From IMG/VR virus record IMGVR_UViG_2788500486_000002: a stretch of 50,494 nt of DNA. One strand, 5' to 3'. The notes beneath the pieces are model-generated. The model was not told where the DNA came from, searched no databases, and saw nothing but the letters and a program-made list of their open reading frames with translations. The position numbers were made by a program, and so were the translations under genes. Positions 41,909 through 50,484 of the stretch are shown here, one piece after another. Positions within the stretch are counted from its first letter, which is position 1. The number at the start of each line of letters is the position of its first letter. Origin of the DNA: a virus.

Positions 41909-43557
41909 CTAATCCTAACACACTTACTCATCAACCCTGTCCTTGCGGCAAGTCTTCTGATGCTTGCACCTATTTCCTAGACACTAAGAACGCTAAGTGT
42001 CATTCTTGTGGGGAGAAACACCGAAACGTGGAACCACCAACTACCAATACTACTACCCAGCCTATCCCTCGGAGTGCCAGCTCTACTAAGTTCTCAGCCC
42101 CGTCTGGCGAGTACCGGGACTGGCCGGAGCGAGCACTGTCCCGCGACACTCTCAAAGCTTACCGTGTTACGCTAGGCGGAGAGGATGCAAAGTACGTCGC
42201 CAAGTACGCTCGCTTCGACACTGAGGGCAACCACGTCGGCAACAAGGTTCGCCTTAAGCATCAGATTGGACAACCAGAGAACAAAGGCTTCATCTACGAG
42301 GGCGAGTTCTCCAAGATGGCTCCGTTCGGTATGAATGCCTTTGAGAAAGGGTCTGCCAAGTACCTGACGATTGTCGAGGGTCAAGACGACGCCATGGCAG
42401 CGTATGAAATGATGGGGTCTAAGTATCCTGTTATCTCTGTCGACTCTGCTGCTACGGCTTCGGAAGAAATCAAGAGACATTTCGAGTGGGTCAATTCCTT
42501 TCCTACTGTTGTCCTTTGTTTCGACAATGATGATCCCGGACGAGCAGCAGCACGAGCTGTAGCGGGCCTTGGGTTCGAGCTTGGCAAAGTCAAGATAATG
42601 ACCCCCCGCAAGCACAAGGACGCCAACGACTACAAGAAAGCGCGTGACACTGAACAGTTCATGCGTGAGTGGTGGTCTGCTCCTACGTACAAGCCAGATG
42701 GGCTCAAGCTCGGCTCGGACATGTGGGAAGAGATCATTGACCGCAAGGAACACTTTACGGCACCGTATCCGTTCGAAGGACTTAACCGTCTAACCTACGG
42801 CTTGCGTCTGTCTGAAATGATCGTTGTTACTGCCGATACTGGTGTAGGTAAAACATCAATCCTTAAAACCATTGAGCACTCTTTGCTCACCAATCCCGAC
42901 GTAGTGGAGAAAAACTATGGAGTTGGTTTCCTTCATCTCGAAGAACCCAATGGAGATACTGCTCTGGGCTTACTTAGTATTCACAACAGTGTTCCTTATC
43001 ATATCCCCGGAGTGGATAGGCCCAAGGATGACCTCCGACGAGCTTACGAAGAGCTTCTTGACAATAATCGTGTGGTCATTTGGGACCATTTCGGAAGCAA
43101 TTCTGTGGACGCAGTTGTTGCTAAGATACGACACATGGCAGCTTTGGGTTGTAAATATATCGTGCTTGACCACCTTAGTATTGTTGTATCTGATCAAGCC
43201 GGAGACGAAAGAAAGCAGTTAGATGAAATTGCAACCAAAATTAAAACGCTGGCAATGGAGCTGGACTTGTGCGTTATTGCCGTTATCCATACTAATCGAC
43301 AAGGACAGATACGAGGAACAGCAGGCGTGGAGCAGCTTGCCAACATCGTCATGCGCCTTGAACGTAACAAAACGGACCCTAACGAATGGCGTAGGAATGT
43401 CACTAAAGTTACGGTGGAGAAAAACAGGTTCACCGGTTACACAGGTCCTGCTTGTTACCTTTGGTATAATCGCGAAACAGGCAGATTGACTGAGCTAGAC
43501 CAAGAACAAATGGATTTATTCGATGGCGGAGGAGCCCTCAATGACGAACCCTTCTAA
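41905..43557 (+). CDS. Bifunctional primase-helicase (T7 gp4-like)
   Basis: N-terminal Cys4 zinc finger (CPCG...CHSCG), TOPRIM (IVEGQDDAMA, FDNDDPGRAAA), and Walker A TADTGVGKTS and Walker B IVLDHLS of a DnaB-like helicase. Confidence 0.85.
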   Translation: MTNPNTLTHQPCPCGKSSDACTYFLDTKNAKCHSCGEKHRNVEPPTTNTTTQPIPRSASSTKFSAPSGEYRDWPERALSRDTLKAYRVTLGGEDAKYVAKYARFDTEGNHVGNKVRLKHQIGQPENKGFIYEGEFSKMAPFGMNAFEKGSAKYLTIVEGQDDAMAAYEMMGSKYPVISVDSAATASEEIKRHFEWVNSFPTVVLCFDNDDPGRAAARAVAGLGFELGKVKIMTPRKHKDANDYKKARDTEQFMREWWSAPTYKPDGLKLGSDMWEEIIDRKEHFTAPYPFEGLNRLTYGLRLSEMIVVTADTGVGKTSILKTIEHSLLTNPDVVEKNYGVGFLHLEEPNGDTALGLLSIHNSVPYHIPGVDRPKDDLRRAYEELLDNNRVVIWDHFGSNSVDAVVAKIRHMAALGCKYIVLDHLSIVVSDQAGDERKQLDEIATKIKTLAMELDLCVIAVIHTNRQGQIRGTAGVEQLANIVMRLERNKTDPNEWRRNVTKVTVEKNRFTGYTGPACYLWYNRETGRLTELDQEQMDLFDGGGALNDEPF

Positions 43558-43723
43558 GATTGACGTTCTACCTGAGTATCTCTCTGAAGAAAACATTTGG
43601 AGAGTTGCCCAAATTTATTGGGATGAAATGCGAGAACGTCTTAACCTTCCTCGTGCCGATCTTCCTCGAAGCCGAAGAGACTTTTATGAATTTGCAAAAA
43701 GGCGATTGGAGCGAGATTCGTAA
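43541..43723 (+). CDS. Hypothetical protein (60 aa)
   Basis: ATG 43541 with GGAGGAG 6 nt upstream. Overlaps the helicase end. Confidence 0.5.
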   Translation: MTNPSKIDVLPEYLSEENIWRVAQIYWDEMRERLNLPRADLPRSRRDFYEFAKRRLERDS

Positions 43724-43726
43724 AGA

Positions 43727-45571
43727 GTGAGCTACTTAAAATACGACGATAACTACTGGGCCATTGACATTGAAGGGGACGATCTTTACCCCGGTGTCAC
43801 CACAGTCTGGTGTGCGTGTCTAGTAAACATTCACACCGGAGAGGAACGTGTCTTTACAGACATGGCCGAACTCAAAACTTTTATTGAACATGAAAAACAT
43901 AAAAATAATGCAAAGTTCGTCGCACACAACGGTATCGGCTACGACTTCCCCGTCTTACGGGATTTGGTCGGTATTAACTTTTCTCGGCAAGATGTGCTGG
44001 ACACCCTTGTTTATAGCCAGCTATATAATCCGTCCCTTAAAGGCGGACACGGCTTGGGAGCATGGGGTGAGCGACTCCGGTCCCCGAAGGGAGAGTTCAA
44101 CGACTTTTCCAAGTTAACCGATGAGATGATCGAGTATTGTCTACAGGACACTCGTCTGTGTCGTAAGATTTTCCTCGAACTTGTACGCCGAATGAACCGC
44201 CTTGGCTTCACTGAAGTCGGGCTAGAGATTGAGCACTACTCGTGGGCACTGGTCCAAAAGCAAAAGCTTGCGGGCTTCGCCTTCGATTACAAGAAAGCTC
44301 ACATTCTCTATTGCACCTTGCGAGCTAAAGAAAATGAAATAAAGGACAAGCTCCATGAATACTGGCCACCACAACTCCAACCAGTCGGAGAGTTTAAGCG
44401 ACCATACAAAAAAGATGGAACGCCAAGCGCAAACTTTGTTAACCACAGCGCAAAATATCCGAAGATCGAAGTTAGCAAAGACAAAGAAACCTACACGGCT
44501 TTTGACTTTGTTGAGTTCCATATTGGAAGCCCAAATCAACGAATTGAGAAACTCCTTGAAGTAGGTTGGGTTCCCCGTGAGTTTACCCCTACCGGCAATC
44601 CTAAGCCGACCAACAAGGGCAAGCTCACCCCGTCTCTTCAAGAGTTCGTCGAGTCTTCTGGACTTGAGGAACCTAAACTCATCGCACAGTGGATTGAAAC
44701 CAATTCTCGTGCAAACATGATTAACACATGGATGGAGGCTTACAATGATGACACTGGTTGTATCCACGGCAGTCTATGGATTGCTAACACTTTGCGCTAT
44801 CGTCACTCTAATCCCAACACTGCTAATATCCCTGCTGTGCGCCTCAACGATAGAGATGAGCCCTTACTTAAGGAACAGGGGGCCTACACATACGAGGCTC
44901 GTGACCTGTGGGGTGTCCGCTCTGCTGATCGGCGCTTGGTTGGTGTTGACGCTAAGGGCATTCAGCTCCGCGTCCTAGCACACTATCTCAATAACCCTAA
45001 ATTTACGGAGGCTGTCCTTGAAGGCGACCCACACTCTTACAACCAAGAAGTTGGAGGATTTAGAACTCGACCTATTGCAAAAACTTTCATATATGCTTTC
45101 CTCTTGGGAGCAGGAGACGCAAAAGTCGGGGAGATCATTGGCGGCTCGACAAGAGACGGCAGAGAGATTAAGAAACGATTTGTCGCTAACTTTCCGGGAC
45201 TGTCTGATCTACTCGATGACCTTGAACGACAGGTGGAACGAACTGGCCGCATTAGACTTTGCGACGGGACTCCCCTCGCAGTTGAGCACCCACATACAAG
45301 ACTTGGGTATCTCCTTCAAGGGGATGAAAGCCGCATAATGAAGAAAGCCGCTATACTCACAGCGGAACAAATCCATCGACGCAAACTTGATGTCATTAAA
45401 GTAGGAGACATACACGATGAATGGCAATCAGACGTATTCAAAGACCACGTTGAAGAACTCACTGACGATGTTTACCCGGAGAGCTTCGGCGCTAGCGGCA
45501 AGTTCTTTGACTACCGCCTTCCTATTCAATGCGATAGTAAAGTAGGTTTGACATGGGCTCAAACACATTGA
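43727..45571 (+). CDS. DNA polymerase, family A (T7 gp5-like, compact)
   Basis: Exonuclease motifs AIDIEGDD, HNGIGYDFPVL and YCLQDT. Polymerase motifs VGVDAKGIQLRVLAHY (A), RPIAKTFIYAFLLGAG (B) and IHDEW (C). Confidence 0.9.
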   Translation: MSYLKYDDNYWAIDIEGDDLYPGVTTVWCACLVNIHTGEERVFTDMAELKTFIEHEKHKNNAKFVAHNGIGYDFPVLRDLVGINFSRQDVLDTLVYSQLYNPSLKGGHGLGAWGERLRSPKGEFNDFSKLTDEMIEYCLQDTRLCRKIFLELVRRMNRLGFTEVGLEIEHYSWALVQKQKLAGFAFDYKKAHILYCTLRAKENEIKDKLHEYWPPQLQPVGEFKRPYKKDGTPSANFVNHSAKYPKIEVSKDKETYTAFDFVEFHIGSPNQRIEKLLEVGWVPREFTPTGNPKPTNKGKLTPSLQEFVESSGLEEPKLIAQWIETNSRANMINTWMEAYNDDTGCIHGSLWIANTLRYRHSNPNTANIPAVRLNDRDEPLLKEQGAYTYEARDLWGVRSADRRLVGVDAKGIQLRVLAHYLNNPKFTEAVLEGDPHSYNQEVGGFRTRPIAKTFIYAFLLGAGDAKVGEIIGGSTRDGREIKKRFVANFPGLSDLLDDLERQVERTGRIRLCDGTPLAVEHPHTRLGYLLQGDESRIMKKAAILTAEQIHRRKLDVIKVGDIHDEWQSDVFKDHVEELTDDVYPESFGASGKFFDYRLPIQCDSKVGLTWAQTH

Positions 45572-45699
45572 TCTACAGGTTTGTCTACTCAGATGGCTCT
45601 AAAATGGATAAAGGGTTCAGCTCTAAGAAACAAGTTGCAGACTTTGCACACGGAGAAGGAGATCACCTTGTAAGATTTTTTAGGGTTGACCGAAAATGA
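45553..45699 (+). CDS. Possible 48-aa protein (MGSNTLIYRFVYSDGSKMDKGFSSKKQVADFAHGEGDHLVRFFRVDRK)
   Basis: Fills the polymerase-phosphoesterase gap. Its stop overlaps the next ATG (ATGA at 45696..45699). Confidence 0.4.
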   Translation: MGSNTLIYRFVYSDGSKMDKGFSSKKQVADFAHGEGDHLVRFFRVDRK

Positions 45700-46409
45700 A
45701 ATTTAGTCTAGTAAGTGATATGCACCTTGACCACCCCCAACTTAAAACTCCCTACGAGCTTTTAGAAAAGAATGTAGTGGTTGCAGGGGACTGTGGTAAT
45801 GGTCTTATAGGTCTTAAATGGCTTAATAAGCTAAGGAGAAAAGGTCACGATGTATTCGCTGTAGACGGAAACCACGAGCACTATAGCAATCTCAGATCAG
45901 GGAGAGAATGGATTGAAACCGAAAATTCCTTTGCGAAAGAAAACCCTCACGACAATGAAATAGAAGGAGTTCCAATTGTCTTAAAGAACGGTTGGTACAC
46001 TGTTCCTGTCGAAAGTCACTGGCTCAGGTACATGAACGATGGTCGTTATGGGGCTTTGTCAGCAGTGACAGTTAACAGTCTGGCTAAAGGTCACGCTAGG
46101 TTTATTGGCGAAAGACTTGCTTTGTGGCGTAACCGAGGTAAAAGAGGCATCGTTGTAACACACACGGCCCCTTGCCAAGAAACTCTTGACCCTCGTTTCG
46201 AAGGGGAATATAGTAATTATTACTACTATAATCCTTATATGCGAGAGCTAATGCAAGAATTTTCTGAGCAAATTCACGTTTGGTGTCACGGCCACACTCA
46301 CGCTCCTCAAGATAAAGTTGTGGAAAATGTGAGGGTTGTGTGTAACCCTAGGGGGTATCCTAGAGAAAATCCTAATTGGAAACCGATAACAATCGAAATT
46401 AACACTTGA
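45696..46409 (+). CDS. Calcineurin-like metallophosphoesterase (237 aa), second copy of the fold
   Basis: Motifs VSDMHLDHP, VAGDCGNG, VDGNHEHY, VTHTAP and CHGHTHAP. Confidence 0.75.
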   Translation: MKFSLVSDMHLDHPQLKTPYELLEKNVVVAGDCGNGLIGLKWLNKLRRKGHDVFAVDGNHEHYSNLRSGREWIETENSFAKENPHDNEIEGVPIVLKNGWYTVPVESHWLRYMNDGRYGALSAVTVNSLAKGHARFIGERLALWRNRGKRGIVVTHTAPCQETLDPRFEGEYSNYYYYNPYMRELMQEFSEQIHVWCHGHTHAPQDKVVENVRVVCNPRGYPRENPNWKPITIEINT

Positions 46410-46434
46410 CAAACACCAATAAAATTGGTATAAT
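46406..46434 (+). promoter_or_regulatory. Consensus sigma70-type promoter with extended -10 (P3)
   Basis: TTGACA (46406..46411) - 17 nt - TGGTATAAT (46426..46434). The -35 overlaps the upstream stop codon. Confidence 0.8.
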
Positions 46435-46439
46435 GCTGG

Positions 46440-46460
46440 TATAGGGTATAGGGCCCTATA
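46440..46460 (+). promoter_or_regulatory. Operator-like element TATAGGG-TATAGGG-CCCTATA just downstream of P3
   Basis: Perfect 14-bp palindrome TATAGGGCCCTATA (46447..46460), preceded by a tandem TATAGGG (46440..46446). Confidence 0.5.
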
Positions 46461-46498
46461 AATTGTAATAAATATATAAGAGTATAAATAGTAATAAT

Positions 46499-47083
46499 AT
46501 GAGTGATAATCGTACTACTGAAGTAATTCGCGGCAAGAGTTCGTTTGCTAAAATCCTTGGTGATCCTGTACTTAACTACACTGGTGACGGTAAGGAGTGG
46601 AAGATGGACCTTGAGATTACTGACGACACCAAGAAGGAGCTTAAGGCTCTCGGTATCGACAACAAGATCAAGACTAAAGATAACTACCTTGACGGTCGTC
46701 CGTTCCTTACGTTCCGCCAGCGAGAGCTTCGGCCCAACGGTGAGCCTAATCGTCCGATCACTGTCGTAGATGCTGCTGGTAATAAGTGGCCTGAAGACGA
46801 ACTGATTGGTAATGGCTCTACGGTAGACGTAAAGTTTACTGTCGTTGACTACGGCAAGGGCAAGCCTAAGGGCATGTACATTTCTGATGTTCGTGTTCTT
46901 GACCTTGTACCTTACAACAAGACAGCCTTTGAGCCTCTTGATAAGAACGACGAGTTCTACGAGGAAGCTACCAAGGCTGAAGAACGAAAGCAACGAGATG
47001 TTACTGCTCTGCGTGGCACCCAAGCGCAAGACCCGGACCTCTCGAATACTCCTAGCGAAGACGACGAAATCCCTTTTGAATGA
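46499..47083 (+). CDS. Single-stranded DNA-binding protein (T7 gp2.5-like / DUF2815-type)
   Basis: 194 aa with OB-fold-like composition. The acidic C-terminal tail ends in SEDDEIPFE, like the SSB/gp2.5 tails that recruit polymerase and helicase. Confidence 0.65.
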   Translation: MSDNRTTEVIRGKSSFAKILGDPVLNYTGDGKEWKMDLEITDDTKKELKALGIDNKIKTKDNYLDGRPFLTFRQRELRPNGEPNRPITVVDAAGNKWPEDELIGNGSTVDVKFTVVDYGKGKPKGMYISDVRVLDLVPYNKTAFEPLDKNDEFYEEATKAEERKQRDVTALRGTQAQDPDLSNTPSEDDEIPFE

Positions 47084-47501
47084 GGAATGGATACCAAGTC
47101 TAAGCTATCCTGACATTTTAGTCAGTAGCTCAGGCCGGGTAAAACTACCAGATCGTGAAGCAAGTATGCCGAACGGTGGAACAAGAAAGTACGTAACTAA
47201 GCCTACTTATGGTTATAAAACTAAATCTTGTAAAACTGCTAAGCATATGTATATGAATATTAGTAATAGATTTTATGGTAATCTTAAAGTCCATCAACTA
47301 GTATGCGAAGCTTTCCATGGTCCTCGTCCATTCCTGACAGCGGTAGTAATTCACAAAGATGAAAACGGGACCAATAACAATAAAGACAACCTAAAATGGG
47401 GTACTCAAAAAGAAAATTTGAACGCTCCGGGCTTTATTGAATATTGTAAATCTCGTACAGGGGACAATAGTCCCGTTGCAAAAGGAAGACTTAATGATTA
47501 A
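47076..47501 (+). mobile_element. Free-standing HNH homing endonuclease gene
   Basis: The TTG start gives MNEEWIPSLSYPDILVSSSGRVKL (NUMOD4-like), then VHQLVCEAFHGPRP...VIHKDENGTNNNKDNLKWGTQKEN (HNH_3 pattern). It overlaps the SSB stop by 8 nt. Confidence 0.75.
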
Positions 47502-47708
47502 TCTTCGAAACGACAGCGGCACTGCTTTCTAATAGGTAACATCTAGTCGTCTCTCGTCCGTGGCTTACGGCAGCGCGGTCGAAGTATCAGCCCTTCTTTG
47601 GGTTACTGTCGTCCATTTTAATTGTGAGTAGTAAGCATAGTAGCGATGCCCGACTTAGTAGTTCGGAGAGCCGGGTGCAATTCCCGGACTACCGCCACAA
47701 GGACACTA

Positions 47709-47903
47709 ATGAAAAAGATACGCATATCTTTCACAAGACTTTCTACGGTAACTGAAACCGGCAAAGCGGATATTGAGGTAAACGACCCGACCGACGCTGA
47801 AGAGATCGAGAAAGCAATTTCCTCCAACGCCTTTAAGGCTTTTATCATTGACAAACGAGAATATATTGATCCCGAGTGGGATTGGGAAGTAACAGATGGC
47901 TGA
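47709..47903 (+). CDS. Hypothetical protein (64 aa)
   Basis: ATG 47709 with AAGGA 5 nt upstream. The end overlaps the next start by 8 nt. The longer 47646 start is discounted. Confidence 0.55.
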   Translation: MKKIRISFTRLSTVTETGKADIEVNDPTDAEEIEKAISSNAFKAFIIDKREYIDPEWDWEVTDG

Positions 47904-48765
47904 GCTTAAAACACTTCCAGAAGACATACTTGGGCTATTCGACCCTAACGTAACGCACGAACCGGACGAAGAGAACCTTGACTGGATTGCTGATAATCTA
48001 AAGGACATTCTTCGCACTCGGCTAAAGGAACGGGAAAAGGTAGACAACCCTCTTCGCTTCTCGTCTCTAGGTCGCCCCGACCGTCAGATTTGGTACACTG
48101 CCAACTCAAAAGGTGGAAAGGAAGACCTCAACGCAAAGACGTACTTTAAGTTTCTGTACGGCGATGTAATTGAATTACTTGTCCTTTTCCTTGCCAAAGA
48201 GTCGGGCCACAAGGTCGAACGGTTGCAAGAGGAGATCGAAGTTGATGGAGTTCTTGGACACATTGACGCCGTTATTGACGATGTTGTGGTTGATGTTAAG
48301 TCAGCTTCGCCATACGGATACAAGAAGTTCAAAGAGAACGCTGTCCTAGACGACGATCCGTTTGGGTACGTCCAGCAACTAGCAGGGTACTCCACGGTTC
48401 TTAACCCCGGCGGTCACGCAGCTTGGGTGGCTTTTGATAAGGTACACGGCGATATTTGCGTCAGTAATCTATCATCATCCATCATCGCCGACCACGACCC
48501 GGCCAAGCGTATTGCTGAACTGAAAGAGGTAATCGACCAAGCTGAACCTCCTAAGAGGTGCTACCCTGACAAACCTGAAGGTAAGTCCGGTAATCGTGTA
48601 CTGGCTATCGGTTGCTCGTACTGCCCGTTCAAGAACGAGTGTTGGAACGGCCTTCGCACTTTTCTTTACTCAAATGGTCCGAAGCACTTTACTCACGTAG
48701 AGGTTGAGCCCAAGGTTTACGAGGTTAAAAACGATAGGGAGCCAGACGCTGAAGTTCAGGAGTAA
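47896..48765 (+). CDS. PD-(D/E)XK nuclease, Cas4/RecB-like with Cys cluster
   Basis: GHIDAVIDDVVVDVKS (D...D-x-K core) and C-terminal CSYCPFKNEC (C-x2-C-x5-C Fe-S type cluster). Confidence 0.7.
   Translation: MAELKTLPEDILGLFDPNVTHEPDEENLDWIADNLKDILRTRLKEREKVDNPLRFSSLGRPDRQIWYTANSKGGKEDLNAKTYFKFLYGDVIELLVLFLAKESGHKVERLQEEIEVDGVLGHIDAVIDDVVVDVKSASPYGYKKFKENAVLDDDPFGYVQQLAGYSTVLNPGGHAAWVAFDKVHGDICVSNLSSSIIADHDPAKRIAELKEVIDQAEPPKRCYPDKPEGKSGNRVLAIGCSYCPFKNECWNGLRTFLYSNGPKHFTHVEVEPKVYEVKNDREPDAEVQE
48465..48476 (+). repeat. TAATCTATCATC motif copy (intragenic)
   Basis: Exact 12-mer inside the nuclease gene, same orientation as all the others. Confidence 0.85.
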
Positions 48766-49114
48766 GTTTGAAAAGAAGATTTGGAACAATGCTAAGAAGT
48801 CTAAGAGAAAAATTGAATATGAACCTCAAGACTCTCATCTTTCCTATACTCTTTCTCGTAAGTATATCCCGGACTTCCGACTACCGAACGGCATTCTTGT
48901 CGAGGCAAAGGGACGATTTACTTCCCAAGACCGAACAAAGATGCTCCGTGTCCAATTGGAAAACCCCGGACTAGACATTCGCCTTTTGTTTCAAAGGGCT
49001 AACAACCGACTAACTAAATCTCCTAACAGTCTCATGTACTGGCAATGGGCAGAGCGTCATGGCTTTGAATGGGCTGAAGGGGAGACAATACCAGCACAAT
49101 GGTGGAAAGAATGA
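48704..49114 (+). CDS. Endonuclease I (T7 gp3-like Holliday junction resolvase)
   Basis: FRSKFEKK...YIPDFRLPNGILVEAKGRFTSQDRTKMLRV...PGLDIRLLF...ERHGFEWAEGETIPAQWW parallels T7 endonuclease I (FRSGLEDK...YTPDFLLPNGIFVETKG...LDIRIVF...IPAEW). The TTG start gives a 62-nt overlap. Confidence 0.8.
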   Translation: MSPRFTRLKTIGSQTLKFRSKFEKKIWNNAKKSKRKIEYEPQDSHLSYTLSRKYIPDFRLPNGILVEAKGRFTSQDRTKMLRVQLENPGLDIRLLFQRANNRLTKSPNSLMYWQWAERHGFEWAEGETIPAQWWKE

Positions 49115-49584
49115 GGCAGTGTACTTCGTGTTTTCAAACACTCCCTTTGCACTGCTTTTATACAAACTCTAATGCGCCGGACGGGCGAAGATCAAAATGT
49201 AAAGAATGCCAGAGAGTCGTCTCGTCAGCGTATAAAAAGAAAAGAAGGGCCTTAGCCAATAAAGGACTTCTACCTCCGTTTAAAAATGAAGACAAAGTAT
49301 CTCGAACCGAGTACTCTCTTCGAAAGTTATACGGAATCTCACTAGAGCAGTACGACAAAATGAGAGAAGATCAAAACTATTGTTGCGCTGTATGTTTAAA
49401 GCACGAAACCTCTCAAAAGAAAAGGCTTTCAGTAGATCACTCCCATACAACAGGAGAGATTAGAGGTCTTTTGTGCGAAAATTGTAATCTAAGTTTAATA
49501 GCTCAAAGAGAAGACCCTGACATCTTTTTAAGAGCTGCCGACTATTTGAAGAAAGGTTCTGGAATTTATGTACCGGAAAAATAA
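49111..49584 (+). CDS. Endonuclease VII family (T4 gp49-like) protein
   Basis: CAVCLKHETSQKKRLSVDHSHTTGEIRGLLCENCN matches the Endonuclease_7 pattern. ATGA overlap with the endonuclease I stop (ATG 49099 is an alternative). Confidence 0.75.
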   Translation: MRQCTSCFQTLPLHCFYTNSNAPDGRRSKCKECQRVVSSAYKKKRRALANKGLLPPFKNEDKVSRTEYSLRKLYGISLEQYDKMREDQNYCCAVCLKHETSQKKRLSVDHSHTTGEIRGLLCENCNLSLIAQREDPDIFLRAADYLKKGSGIYVPEK

Positions 49585-49586
49585 AC

Positions 49587-50303
49587 GTGGCTAACCCTAA
49601 GATACTTACTCTAGATATAGAATGGAGGCCCACAGTCGCGTTGGTATGGAGCCCTTGGAAAGTAAACGTCGGCCCAGATCAAGTGCTTGAGCATGGCGGG
49701 CTCCTTTGTGTCGGCGCTAAGTGGCTAGGTAAAAAGAAAGTCCATCTGTTCTCTGAGTGGAAGCACGGACGAAAAGGAATGGTTGAGGCCATTCATGCCA
49801 TGCTTTCGGAGTGCGATGCGGTAATCACCTACAACGGTGACAAGTTCGACCTTCCTAAGCTGCACGGTGAGTTCCTTCTTCAAGGGCTGGCCCCGCCTCC
49901 TCCTCTTACGTCTATCGACCTTTACAAGTCAGTACGTAAGCTTGGGTTCTTTATGAACCGCCTTGGATTTATTGGACCGTTCCTTGGGCTGTCTAACAAG
50001 CTTGAGCACGAAGGTATCAACCTGTGGAAGAAAGTAGAGGCTGGTGATCGTGATGCACAGCGTCGTATGGCTGACTATTGTAAGCAAGACGTAAAGCTGA
50101 CCGAAGACCTTTACAGCAAAATTCTTCCTTACATTAAGAACCACCCTTACCTCGGCGACACAGACCCGCATCACTGTGGCTCATGCGGAAGCGAGAAATT
50201 GCAAAAGAGAGGGTTCCGACGGACACGTTGTTTCACTATTCAGCGTATCCAGTGTACTGATTGCGGTTCGTGGCAGAGCGGGGCTCGAAAGAAAGTTAAT
50301 TAA
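49587..50303 (+). CDS. DnaQ-like 3'-5' exonuclease (RNase H fold) with C-terminal zinc ribbon
   Basis: Exo motifs LDIEW, TYNGDKFDLP and YCKQDV. C-terminal CGSCGS...CTDCGS. GTG start. Confidence 0.65.
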   Translation: MANPKILTLDIEWRPTVALVWSPWKVNVGPDQVLEHGGLLCVGAKWLGKKKVHLFSEWKHGRKGMVEAIHAMLSECDAVITYNGDKFDLPKLHGEFLLQGLAPPPPLTSIDLYKSVRKLGFFMNRLGFIGPFLGLSNKLEHEGINLWKKVEAGDRDAQRRMADYCKQDVKLTEDLYSKILPYIKNHPYLGDTDPHHCGSCGSEKLQKRGFRRTRCFTIQRIQCTDCGSWQSGARKKVN

Positions 50304-50304
50304 A

Positions 50305-50484
50305 GTGGATGACGAACTGAAGAAAGCTATTTGTGATAGGCTGGAAGGTTGGGAGCTTGTAGACTTTCTTCAAGTCCCAATCGAAGAAATCCTAGACCTA
50401 CTAGAAGAACGCGTAGAAGAGAACATAGAAGACGTTCTCGATTTTTGTAACCTTAGAAACGATAACAATAATAACAATGACTAA
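50305..50484 (+). CDS. Hypothetical acidic protein (59 aa); spans the window junction
   Basis: GTG start 1 nt after the previous stop. Its 3' part is also present at 1..89. The stop overlaps ATG 50477 (equivalent to 82). Confidence 0.45.
   Translation: MDDELKKAICDRLEGWELVDFLQVPIEEILDLLEERVEENIEDVLDFCNLRNDNNNNND

Noticed and set aside
46307-47029. 240-aa minus-strand ORF opposite the SSB gene
   Set aside because: It would run against consensus promoter P3 and overlap the well-supported SSB ORF. Its composition is Leu/Val/Ser-rich and low in information.
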